64,000 bases of DNA from Azolla caroliniana. Taxonomy: Eukaryota; Plantae; Polypodiophyta. Shown here piece by piece: positions 46,676-57,688 of this stretch. The notes under the pieces were generated by a model. That model searched no databases and was not told where the DNA came from. It saw nothing but the letters and a program-made list of their open reading frames with translations. Position numbers and translations under genes: made by a program. Position 1 is the first letter of the stretch. Each line of letters opens with the position of its first letter. The stretch covers positions 17,112,001-17,176,000 of the forward strand of contig JBHGNT010000001.1 in assembly GCA_043228905.1 (NCBI GenBank). Direction: 5' to 3'.

Positions 46676-49600
46676 AACACGTTTGCGTTCACAAGTGGAA
46701 GGATCACGCACAAGTGGAAGGATAAGGAATATTCCGTTTGATTTTGGGGTTTTTTTTTCCATTTCACAAAACGTCTTGACACTAGTATCACATGTTCTCC
46801 AAAACTTGATGAAAAAGTTGAAAATTTCACCATTTGGTAAAATTGAAAAATGCGAAATTTGGGTAAAATATGAAAAGTAACTTTGTGGATTTTTAAAGAA
46901 AAATGACAACTAATAAGTTTTTAGATCTTAAAGAAATCAAAGTAGAATATTTCAAAACAATGTGCGTTTTTATTCCATTCGATAAAATGTTGTCTAAATT
47001 TGTTACATATAGTTGCACAATAAATACATTTGGGAGTTATTTGCATGACTATCATCATTCTTTTCATGAGAATCACTACTATAGATAATATACAATTGTG
47101 ACTCTTCCTCCTCATCTTCCAATGTACCAATCAAATCATTGTCTTCACCAAATGGTATCTCCAAATTTTGTGCAATAAATCTTCTTCGCCTTCAATCTGA
47201 GATATCTTCTAGACTTGCTAATATCTCTTTTATTATGCATATCGTTGTTGTCCTTATACATCCAACTTTTGTTTGTGTAAAGTCATACATAATGATATCC
47301 ACCTCATTAATGTCAATGATAGATGTATTACAAAGGTTTAATACATCATCACGTCCAAAACTTTACCAATGCAGAATTGGTACCCTAGGTCATGGCCATC
47401 TACATGTGTAGCTTTTAATATCCCCATCTTGAGTTCTTGCAATTTTCCTTCTCATCTGAGTTATGCTTGTGTTGTCATCCTTCGTTCCAACTATAAAGAT
47501 TAACATTAAGTAGTGATTAAGAACCACGCGAACACTTTATGGACCATGTAAATGGCATTTGCAAGGTTCAATTACCATCAACGCAATTATTAATAGTTTT
47601 TTGTTAATCAATGATGCACATGTTCACCATAAAGTATCTTGTTGTACAACATACTTGTTTGCACTATCGATATGCATCTTTTTCTCTTGTTAAAACAAAC
47701 ATTTTAGTACAATTCAAGTTCATGTTTAAAAAACCTCTTTTATTTGAAAAACAACAAGATTTTAAACATTAAGTCAATATGTTGTATCGAGTTGATGTAA
47801 AAAATAGAGTTTTCATCATAATTCCATACAATGTATTGAATTCGTGCTCAAAGTTTTTATTACTAGATTTAAAAAATAATGATAATAATAAATTGTGCTT
47901 GAGTTCATCTAGAAAACCATAATTTTTCATCACAATTCGATATAATGTATTGAGTTCATGCTTAAAGTAATTTTTTCTAATTTTTTCAATTTTGTTTCAA
48001 TTTTTGTCAATTTTTTAAATTTTTTTATTGATTTTGTTTTATTTTTTAAAAATCAATTTGATACATTGTATTGACTTGTGATAAAAGCTCTGGTTTTTTC
48101 ATCACTTATTAAAGCTCAATTTTGTTTTAGAAAAAAAACAAAATACCAAAATAAAATAGAAAAAAATATAATTTTTTAAAAAAAAAAATCCAAAATTAAA
48201 CTTTTCATGTCATGATATGGTAGGACTTGAACCCATGACCTTATGATACATGGGTCAATCTCTTGACCATTAGACCATACATTGTAGTACATAAAATATT
48301 ATTTTTATCACTTATTAAAGCTTAAATTGTTTTTAGAAAAAAAACAAAACACCAAAATAAAATAGGAAAAAATGTAATTATTTATTTTAAAAAATCCGAA
48401 GTAAAACTTTTAACATGAACTCGATATGGCATATCAAGTTCATGTAAAAAAGTTAGCTTAGTTCATGTCATGATATGGTAGGACTCAAACCCATGACCTT
48501 ACACTACATGGGTCAAGCTTTTGACCATTAGACCATACATTATAATACATAAAGTATTATTTTCATCACTTATTAAAACTCAAATTGGTTTTAGAAAAAA
48601 AACAAAACACCAAAATAAAATAGGAAAAAATGTAATTATTTTTAAAACAAAATCCGAAATAAAACTTTAAACATGAACTCGATACGGCGTATCGAGTTCA
48701 TGTAAAAGAATTAGATTAACTCATTTCATGATATGGTAAGACTCGAACCCATGACCTTATGCTACATGGGTCGAGCTCTTGACCATTAGACCATACATTG
48801 TAATATATAAAATATTATTTTCATTTTACTATATCAAGCGTTCCTTGTATATTCTTGTCACATAGTATATCGATGTCATCATCATTCCCTCTCAGTCCCT
48901 CTCTCTCTCTCTCTCACTCTCTATCTCTTCTTTTTTCAAGTGTTCTACACCTTAAATTCTTCTTCGTACTAATATTTCTCTCTTAGTACTAATTTCGTCT
49001 CTGTCTTAGAATTTATTTTTTTGAGCTTGAATAAGTGATGAAAAAACCAGAGTTTTTATCACAAGTTGATACAATGTATCGAGTTCATGTTTAAAATTAT
49101 TAATTTTTCCATAAAAAAAATAAAAAATTTGAAAAAAAATAAAAAATATTGAAACAAATTGAAAATGTTTTTTTAAAAATTAGAAAAAATTACTTTAAAC
49201 ATGAACTCGATACATTGTATTGAATTGTGATGAAAAATCTGGTTTTTCTATGAACTCAAGCTTAATTTATTATTATTATTATTATTTAAATCTGGTAAAA
49301 AAACTTTGAACATGAATTTAATATATTGTATAGAGTTATGATGAAAACTCTATTTTTTACTTCAATACAACATATCGTGTTCATGTTTAAAACTCTTGTT
49401 GTTTTTCAAATAAAAGAGGTTTTTTAAAGATGTATGTTGCACAACAAGATACCTTATGGTAAATGTGTGCTTCATTTATTAGAAGAAAACCATTAATAAT
49501 TGTGTTGATGGTAACTGAACTTTGCAAATGCCATTTACTTCACAAAATTTGAAGGGGAATTCTTATAAGGAAGGAGATTATAACATTGTAGATACCCTGA

Positions 49601-50158
49601 TAACTATGTGTTATGTTCAAATTGATATATTAATGTTCACATCTAAAGTTTGACAGTTTATGAATATCGTCTACATTTTAGGAGTTGTGGATTTATCAAA
49701 ATTGTTTATGAATATTGTCTACATTTCTTGAGTTGTGAATTTATGGATGTTAATGAGCACTAATTTATAGATGATGACATTAAGGATTGCAATATTACCT
49801 TTTATACTTAAAACATTTTCAAGTCTAACAATAGATGTAACCTTAATCTTCTCAAGATGGTGAAACCATTAATCTTAACTTGTGCCTTGAGTTGACCATA
49901 ATTGTGATTTTCTTTAAGTTAACTACATTTCATATCTGCAAACCATCAACATTTAAACATTTATCCCTAAACTATTCAATTTTAGAAATTATCATTTTGA
50001 AATTTGTTAAATCTCAAAAAATTAGCAAAATTTACATGCTATTTAAAACATGTGATACTGGTGTATCAAGTTTTTGGAAATTGTCTAAATTCGCAAGATT
50101 ATAAAAGGAATCTATAAGTGGAATGCACAATCCTTCCACTTGTGAATGCAAAGGTGTT
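46676..50158. mobile_element. Element N: non-autonomous TIR/foldback DNA transposon, superfamily unresolved
   Basis: 29-bp TIRs (46676-46704 and 50130-50158, 27/29 match); 4-bp TSD CTAA; internal inverted arms ~47548-48119 and ~49021-49538; very AT-rich. Confidence 0.82.
48100..48830 (+). repeat. 258-bp tandem repeat (about 3 units), each holding the ~100-bp head of a D/E-family LTR
   Basis: TGTCATGATATGGTAGGACT-like starts at 48208, 48466 and 48724; the last is followed by a decayed LTR remainder to ~49010. Confidence 0.85.
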
Positions 50159-51467
50159 CTAACCATGACTTGGGCTAGGAACACATTGCTAACTTTCTTG
50201 GAGGGAATGGAACCCCTAATGGGTTGTCCAACCAAACGGATCCTATTTTGGCTGGACACAATCATTTAACTCTTCATCTAATTGACTAAGAATTTCAAAT
50301 TTGTTTGAGATACTTGGGCTAGTAGTACTATTAATACTATCAGACACTCTATTAGTACTATTGATACTATCAGACACTCCTAAGGGAAGAATTGACTCGG
50401 GTTTAGTACAGGCTACGATTTGATTTTTGTCTTCTTGGCTTGTGGGGACAATTGATTGTGATATGCCCTGGTCCACCGCAATAAAGACATAATCGATTTG
50501 CACGTTGTTGTTGCTTTTCTTCTTCCGATAACGGGCGACGTCAACGCGTGGTGTTGATCTCCATCAGTGTCGGATTATTTGCTTGAGGTATGTCTCGTGC
50601 AAACAGTTTAGCCGCGACTGAGGTGTAAGTGGGCTCCGGCCTAGAGCGTGGTATTTGTAATTGACGTTCCGAACGCCGTTCGAAAAGGCGGTTATCACAT
50701 CGGACCGCTCGACTGATTGCCTCCCTAAAAGACTTTGGTTCTTCGGGGAAGGTTAGAAGTAGATCTTTGACATCGTTTCGCAGGCCGTAGCGAAATTGCT
50801 CCATTAGTGCCTGATCATCCTAGGGAATATCTGAAGCAAGTAGACAGAAATCTGCTACGTAGGCAGAGGCTGGACGATCGCCTTGACGCAATCGTTGGAT
50901 TTTGTTGATCGTCATCCGGATGTTATCTGTATCTCCAAAGCAAGCTTTAAACTCACTAATAAAGTCTTCAAAGTTATTAAGTAAGGGTGATTGTTTTTCT
51001 AGAAGCGGAGCAAACCATGCCAAGGTTGAGCCGCTAAGCAACGTGCCTATTAGGCCGACTCGGGATGCATCAGTGGGGTATTGAGAAGGATGCATTTGAA
51101 TGACTAAGCGTACCTGATTGAGGAATCCCCTAAATTGTGATCGTTCCATCAAATTTCATAGGAAGTCCAATCTTGGGCTCTTTATGAAATCCTTGGCGAC
51201 TTGATCCTTGTTGTTGCAACGTTGCTTCGAGTTGTTGCACACGTAACGCTAACTCCCCATGTTGTTGCTGCGTTTGTTGTTTTTCTAGGGCAATTTGTTG
51301 AAGATCCCCTAACAACCGTTGGTTTTCTTGTTGCAAGGCGACAAATTTTTCTTTTAGACACTGTAGTTTGGAGAAAACAGATTGGTATTCTTGGGCGCTA
51401 ACAAAAGCTATTGTATAGAAAAAGGATAAGAGGATGAGGGAAACCAGAAGAAAGACTAGAGGGGGGG

Positions 51468-51479
51468 AAATTGGTTCAA
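51468..51479 (-). promoter_or_regulatory. Putative self-priming PBS of element E
   Basis: TTGAACCAATTT is 12/12 complementary to the LTR sequence AAATTGGTTCAA (43047-43058). Confidence 0.72.
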
Positions 51480-53483
51480 ACTGTCAGGAGTAGTACTAAA
51501 ACAGGGAGAGAATTAGTACTAGAGAAGGGAAGTACTATTAATACTAAGAGGACGGTAAGATTCCCGAGAGGGAGGAAAGAAAAGAGAAGAGAGAGAGAGA
51601 GAGAGAGATAGTGAGGACGAGAGAGAGAGAGATGATGATAACAGATGATATATTATAGGAAGAGTAAGTACAAGATGGCTATGAGGCTTAAGACTGGCGT
51701 TGAACTAATTTGGTTCAAAATAATGCCTAGTGCCTTCTTTTATAGTGTTCTTAGGAGTAATCCTGAACCTTCTAGAATGTTCCAAAGAAATTTGGAATAT
51801 ACATTAATTTCCTATAATAAAACTTAAATGAAAATAATATCCTACATATTACAATAGAGCTCCGTAATGCGCTCTTGGGCCTCTTGTAATTGGGCTTGAG
51901 TCATTTTGACTATTTTCCACTTGTTTTTATTCTTGCTAGCCATATCCTTGGCCCCCACACTCACTCTAGCCAATTCTCGATGTACCTCGACCAGGGCCGC
52001 ATTCAATGGAGGTAGTTCGATGCCCATACGCCGAATTCCCGCATACCGTTGCCTGCCTACCTTGGCTAGTGGCCCTTCATCCTCACTTTCCGCTATTTGT
52101 GTGAGCGCACACTCAATCATCTGTTGTTCTGCGTGCTCCTCCGCCATTCTCTGCGATACTTTAATTTGCTGCGTTGCCAAAAATTCCATGAGTTCATAAG
52201 TTGTTCCAAATTGTAGTAGCACACCGAACTCATGGGTTGTATCTGGGATGTCTGGGTACTTTAGGACTTCGCTTTCCGCTGTGAGTACGCCTTTCCCATG
52301 CTGTGACTGGGTCGTAATGATCGACCGTGGTTCCCGGATTATTTTGAAAGTCATGTTGGGCTCCGTAGCTACGGAACCGTCGACCAAGACGGTCGTGTCT
52401 GTGTCCACGATTGTGTCTTTGACTAGTCCACACCCATCTTTCTTGTCCAGCCTACGTTGTTTCGGCCTCGGGCTTTCCTACCATTGCTCAGCTTCCAGCT
52501 CCTGCGGAGCTTCCTCCCTACTCCCCAGCCGTTCGCGTGCTAGGCTGGGAAGTTTGTGGTTCGTCTTCCCATTCCGTGGTAGCCAACTCCGCTAACCTTC
52601 GTTTCGCGGAACGTGGCGGCGGCGTGGGTTTGCGAGGCTGTGGTGCGGGCAAACCTCGGGGTGGGAATAGTATTGTCAGATATTGTTGTATGATTGGCCT
52701 TAGCTTTTTGCCGCCCTGATACGCGCACATGCCTTCCCGTAACGTTGGTCCCGTAATTACCCCCCAATCGACCGCACGCCCTTCGAAGGTATAAATGATG
52801 ATGCCTGCCTTTTGCTTTGGCATCCCATAGGCATTTACATGCACGCATCCTACCTCCAGCAAGAACTTGGCTATTTCTCGAAAGAAAGGGATCGGGGATT
52901 TCCTTCATCCTGTATGCTTTGGCGGACACCGAATATGCCCCGAAATATCTCTGGAAGGTTTCCACAGGAGGGATGTCGAAATGTTTTTCTCCAAGTGATG
53001 ATAAGTCAAGGTTCTTCCGGATGGTAGTGTTGGTGACTGTGTCTATATTGAGCTTCCTGGCGATTTCCAAGGCTTCAGGGTGAGCAAGTGCCTCGATGAC
53101 TTTGATGTATCCATCTAGTCTCTTTTCAAGGAGCCATCTACTCAAGGCAGCAGAAATAGTGATCGGCATCATAGGTGGTTGAGACTCGTGGGTAGTGGGT
53201 GAGGTTTGTTGGCTATGGCGGATGTAGGTTCTATGGTATGATGGGGAGTAAGGTGAGTGAGGAGAGCAACGAGAGCGAGGAGGGTTAGAGGTTCAAGAGT
53301 GCTTTCTGTATTGTGTAGAAAACCTTTTATTTTCTTCTTTTTGTGGCCTAGGGTTCATTGGTCTATGAGCCATCATGGCGCCTTGTGTTCTTGCTCTAGA
53401 AGTTTGTGCATGCATCAAGTCCTTTTAATAGCATCACTATCTTCTCTTTTCTTTTCTATTTCTCTCTTGTAACAGTTACATAC

Positions 53484-53513
53484 TGTTAGGAAACAGGTCC
53501 CTCCGGATGGGAA
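53484..53513 (+). repeat. 30-bp terminal remnant of an I-family copia LTR
   Basis: TGTTAGGAAACAGGTCCCTCCGGATGGGAA is identical to 34913-34942. Confidence 0.85.
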
Positions 53514-56500
53514 CTAGTTGAAGGAGTTTTTCCACTGTCAGGGTTATTTCGTAGCCTGCCAATGCTTGCCATATGGGTTGGTCCAACATTGGTTGCGGAT
53601 TCCTACCGCATACGCGTCGTATTTGCCGCATTTACTTTTTCTACCCATGCTTGGGCCGCTTTGTGTACCTCATCTTGTGCAGCCCAGTCCACATTCTTTG
53701 TTTGTTGTCGTGTTGTGACCTGTTGAACTTCCGTCGTAATCGTATTTAAAGTTGGTCCTTTGCCCTTGCGCAGTGGACATTGAGTTGCGTAGTGTTCGGG
53801 CTGTTGGCAGACGAAACAATGTACGTTGGACTCTCCTTTCTCTGCAACTTGCAGCGGATTCATATCCCCAAGCGTTGTTGGCTCCTCTTGGTCTTGTTGC
53901 ATTCTCCTGGAATTCCAGGGTGTTTGTGGTTCGTCCCTACATGACTCCTAGCGCCGGTCATCCTCCAAACTTTCGTTGTAACGTCATTATACTGTCGATG
54001 CTTTCCTTGTGAGCAAGGCCCATTGAATCCACCACTCCTGTTCGTCGAACGGTGGTTGTCATAACGACGCCCTCCTTTATTATACCGGTGGTTGCCCCAA
54101 TATTTTGCGTCCTCCGGCTCCTCTTCATCAGAATCATTGTTATCCCAGCGATTACGGTAGTGCTAGTCATCGCGTCGATTTCGATCCGTATAACGGGGTC
54201 GTTCCTCTTGGCGCCTTTGATCATTTCGGCGAGGTGGTCGTTGTGGTTCTACGCATCGTACTGTGGGCGTAGGTTTGTTCAACATATTGTACTCACATTG
54301 CTCGACCGTGTGTGCCTTTCAGTGACAAATTGGGCAGTGAATTCGTATATTGCATTCCACCACGGAATGCCCAAAATTGAGGCAAATCGTGCACTGAATA
54401 GCTTGACGAAAGTGGCGTTCCTCATCCTCGGGCAACACCTATCATAATGAGGACAAACAAAATCCATCCTCCTCTTCGTCCAACTCAAGCTATAATGCTC
54501 GCTCGATGACCATTTCAGTTGTTTCCCCTTTCACACTACGTGTGTTGAGCGTCATCCTGATAGGCCACCGCAGGGTTACCAAAAACGTCTCCCTAACCTC
54601 GTCATCTATCGGGGCCCGTTTTAATTTCCGTCGTAGATTTTGGAAACGTAAGCTAAAGTCCGTGACCGATTCTACTGGCAGCTACTTGATTGTGTAGAAC
54701 TACCCGATGATTTCGCGTTGAGGTACCCTTCAATGAAAAAATCGCAGAAATGCTGACTGCAACTGGTCGAAGGCGTGGATTGCTGGTAGGTCCATTTGGG
54801 AATGCCAAAACGCAGCTCTACCATCCAGATTTAAACCAAACTCTGTCATTTTGGACTGATGTGCTTCCTCTTCTGGAAATCGCTACGCCATGTGATTCGC
54901 ATTCCAAATGTTCAGGAATAGCCGGATGTGGCTTACGGCGTCTGTTTCACCATTAAAGCATGGGTAGGAGAAGGGCATTCCGAATGCTATGGTGGGTAGG
55001 GAAATATCACGGTACTCGTGTGGTGATAGCACTTCCTGCTTGACGTCGCAGTGTTGGGTGAGCGTGGAGTCGACTTTGTAGTCCGGACAGTAATCACTGA
55101 GGCGAGGTTTTTGCCTTGCGCGCTCCTCTGTTTGGCGTGTGATGGACCTTGTGAGTGGTCAGACTTGTCGGGTAGGTTCTCTGGGTCGTCTATGGCTAGT
55201 CATCCATCCCTTGTTGTTCATCTGCGAAAAATCATAGATCACCAGGCGTGCCAAACGTGTTACCGATTAGGAACACTATCTACGCTCAGTCCTTCGAGGT
55301 AGACCTCAAGGTGATCGTGTTACAAGGAATGGAACTGTCTTCGCGTAAGGAGTAATGGGATACCACCTCGTATCCACTAAAGCAATTTCTCCAACATGCA
55401 CAATCGGGTGAGGGGCGTCGTCTCTGGTTTCGATGATTCTCGGTTGTTCGGGTTTCTCCAAAAATGAGAACCACTCTTTGTGGCTCGTCATATGGTTTGA
55501 TTCTCCGGAATCAACATATCATACTTCCTCCGATCCAGAAGTGGTCTTCTTCATCGAGTTCGCCTTGTGCTTCATCACGAAGGTTGTCCCTTTTTCGGTC
55601 TTCCCAGTTCCGGATCCTTTTGATCCTTTTGCGTAGTGCGAGCTTTGCCAGTTTCCCTGTCCAGTCTTGCCGGATCCGGATTTATCCGAATCGGCGCGCT
55701 TCTTCTAGCACTCGCTTTCTCTATGGAATTTCTTGCCACATTACCATCATTCTGTGTCGGCCTTTCCTTTCTGGTTTCCAGCACTAGCATGACCCCCCCT
55801 ACTTGTGGAGGGTCCAAAACTATTATCGGCACTGTCTCAGTGCCTTCGGTTCTGGTCTTGCCGGCCACCTCCATTGCGTGCCGACCCACCTTGTCCTCCA
55901 CGCCCATGGGGTCGATCCGCCTCCATGTACAACATCTGAATGTCCGATTGAGTGGTCCTCGACCCACTCGCGTGGTATTCTTTGACCATCAACATTGATT
56001 GTAAGTCGAAGAAGGACGGTGGTTTCTCCCAGATGCAAATTACCATCCGGATTGGCCCGTACCATTGTGCTAGACCACGGAGACAAATCTAAACCATCTC
56101 ATCTTTGTCCATCATCACATTGATGGACCTTAGCTCGTCACAAATCTCCTTTATCTTAGTGGTGTAGTCTGTAACCGACATATCTCTTTCCCAGATGTTG
56201 TTCAGCTCCTGTCGAAGCTACAACTTACGGGTTGTGGTACTTGCAGTGAAAATCTTTCGAAGATTTTCCTAGGCCTCCCTTGGCGTTTTGCAACCTTGAT
56301 GTAGTCGAGCATCTGATCGTGCACACCGGACGCGAGGCAATATAATACTCAGCTCGCTCCTTGCTCCCATGCCAGGAAGTCTTTGTGTGCCGGCTCCAAT
56401 GCTACCTCGTTGGTTCCTTCCACATAGCTCCAATATCCATGCCCCAACAGGTATTGGTGCATTTTATATGACCAGGACGTGCAGTTGCTCCAGTCAAGCT

Positions 56501-56998
56501 TCTCTATGGGAAGTGAACTCACCATACCTCTGTCCATATCATTCTCTTTCTGTCCTGACCATGTATTAGCGTTTGTCTTTGAAAGCGTTTGTCGGCTACA
56601 GAGGTTCTCAACCGTCGCGCTTTGATACCATATGAAAGTTAGTGTGCGGAAGCTTATGCAAAACCGGCTCTACCAGATAGTAACAGTAAAGAGAAGAAGG
56701 TTTAATGGAAGCTTAACACAGAGAATAAGCATACATAGGAGAGATAGAGAGAGAGAGAGCAGAACATTAAAAATCTATTCAAAATAATACGGAGAGCACT
56801 TTAATACAAGTCCATAAAGGACTGACAAAATTATTGATAGCCAATTCAATACTCACATGAGCGACTATCACTGAATCCCAAAAATATGCCTACATACTCG
56901 GCTAAATCAGTAGGCCTCTAACGGCCTACCAGTTTCAATCCGATCCGGCTCTGGCTTGTTCAGCCAATCCGGATCCAGTTGAGCTTGCTCGCTCAACA

Positions 56999-57688
56999 CT
57001 AATCATAGAGCCTATGGAGATTTGAAGGATGGCTACAACCGACGCCTTATGTAATAGCGTGCCCTGCGTATGGGACTCGACATAGGAATGAACTCAACAC
57101 GAACAGAGATAAGAATTAGGAGAGCACAACAAGTTAGGCAAACAGAGACTATATTCCAGAGATTGAATACAAAATTATCGTTCCCTATTACAAGTTTTCC
57201 ATGCCCTTTATATACAGGATCATGGTCAGTTATGCATGGCACGTGAACCATTACACGCATTCATAATTCTTTGGCTTATATTATAGCTGCTACTACTCCC
57301 TTATTATAACGTTATGGCCCCACTCGTCTACTTCGCATGTTGTAACTGTACGTTTTGTCTTACCTTGTTGACTCTTCCCACTTAACCATCCAAAGCGGCC
57401 AACACATGGCACACCTGTGGGACAATGCCTTCACGTCGAACCCATAGAAGACCTTCATTCATCATCGAAGATGTCCAAGATGTTTGGTCCCGGACGGTTC
57501 GGTTTTGCGGAAACTACGGGGGGTGCCGTGGTCTTCGTCGTAAGCGTGGCTTCGAGGGTACCACTAGGCACGGTTGTCTCCACTTCAGGGGGGGAGGGGG
57601 CACTGTGCACCGTTGATTCTGGTACGGGCAGGACGATGGGTTCTGTTGATTTCGGTTCCGCCTCTCGTGTCTATGCTTCTTGTTCCAC
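56999..57688 (-). mobile_element. Element H: 3' fragment (partial 3' LTR 56999-57404 and ORF2 end) of a third F/G-related gypsy
   Basis: LTR boundary ..CCAACA at 57404; motif at 57407-57443; ORF end PGPNILDIFDDE* (stop 57455-57457) resembles the F and G ORF2 termini. Confidence 0.68.
57407..57443 (-). other. tRNA-3'-end-like motif at the PPT position of H
   Basis: Minus strand GGGTTCGA-cgtgaaggcatt-GTCCCACAGGTGTGCCA, then 2 nt, then TGTTGG. Confidence 0.72.

Larger units (their letters stand above)
42851..51858 (-). mobile_element. Element E: degenerate Tf1/Tcn1-like chromovirus (D family), split by N
   Basis: 3' LTR 42851-43275 with PPT AAGGGGGAG; chromodomain and integrase 43268-44460; RNase H and RT 45019-46210; protease 46210-46640; gag 50541-51336; truncated 5' LTR 51482-51858. 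Confidence 0.9.
41668..53172 (-). pseudogene. ORF2 of G (51859-53172 and 41668-42850), homologue of F ORF2
   Basis: RYFGAYS..KAYR versus RYFGEYS..KGYR; MPKQKAGIIIYTFEGRAVDW versus MPKNRAGMIIATYEGIKVDW; ADWENRRKEG versus ADVENRRKEG; ends IRDILEEE*. Confidence 0.82.
41147..55375 (-). mobile_element. Element G: degenerate F-related gypsy (gag and ORF2 present, pol deleted), split by E
   Basis: 3' LTR 41147-41620; truncated 5' LTR 55258-55375 (same TGTTACCGATTAGG start); PBS TGGCACGCCTGGTG 55240-55253; gag remnants 53570-55200 (CFVCQQPEHYATQC..VQQVTTR as in F). Confidence 0.85.
40724..56998 (-). mobile_element. Element O: degenerate copia of the A family (pieces 40724-41146 and 55376-56998), host of D and G
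   Basis: Integrase C-terminal region (HLRIFG..YVHVPDEKRRKLD) at ~40930-41146; protease and gag 55376-56537; PBS GCTTTGATACCA 56619-56630; LTR 56631-56998. Confidence 0.8.

Noticed and set aside
46903-47490. Transposase remnant in element N
   Set aside because: Only short AT-rich ORFs with no DDE or zinc-finger motif that I can recognise.
48100-48830. CRISPR-like array
   Set aside because: The units are whole tandem duplications with no unique spacers, there are no cas genes, and the context is eukaryotic TE sequence.
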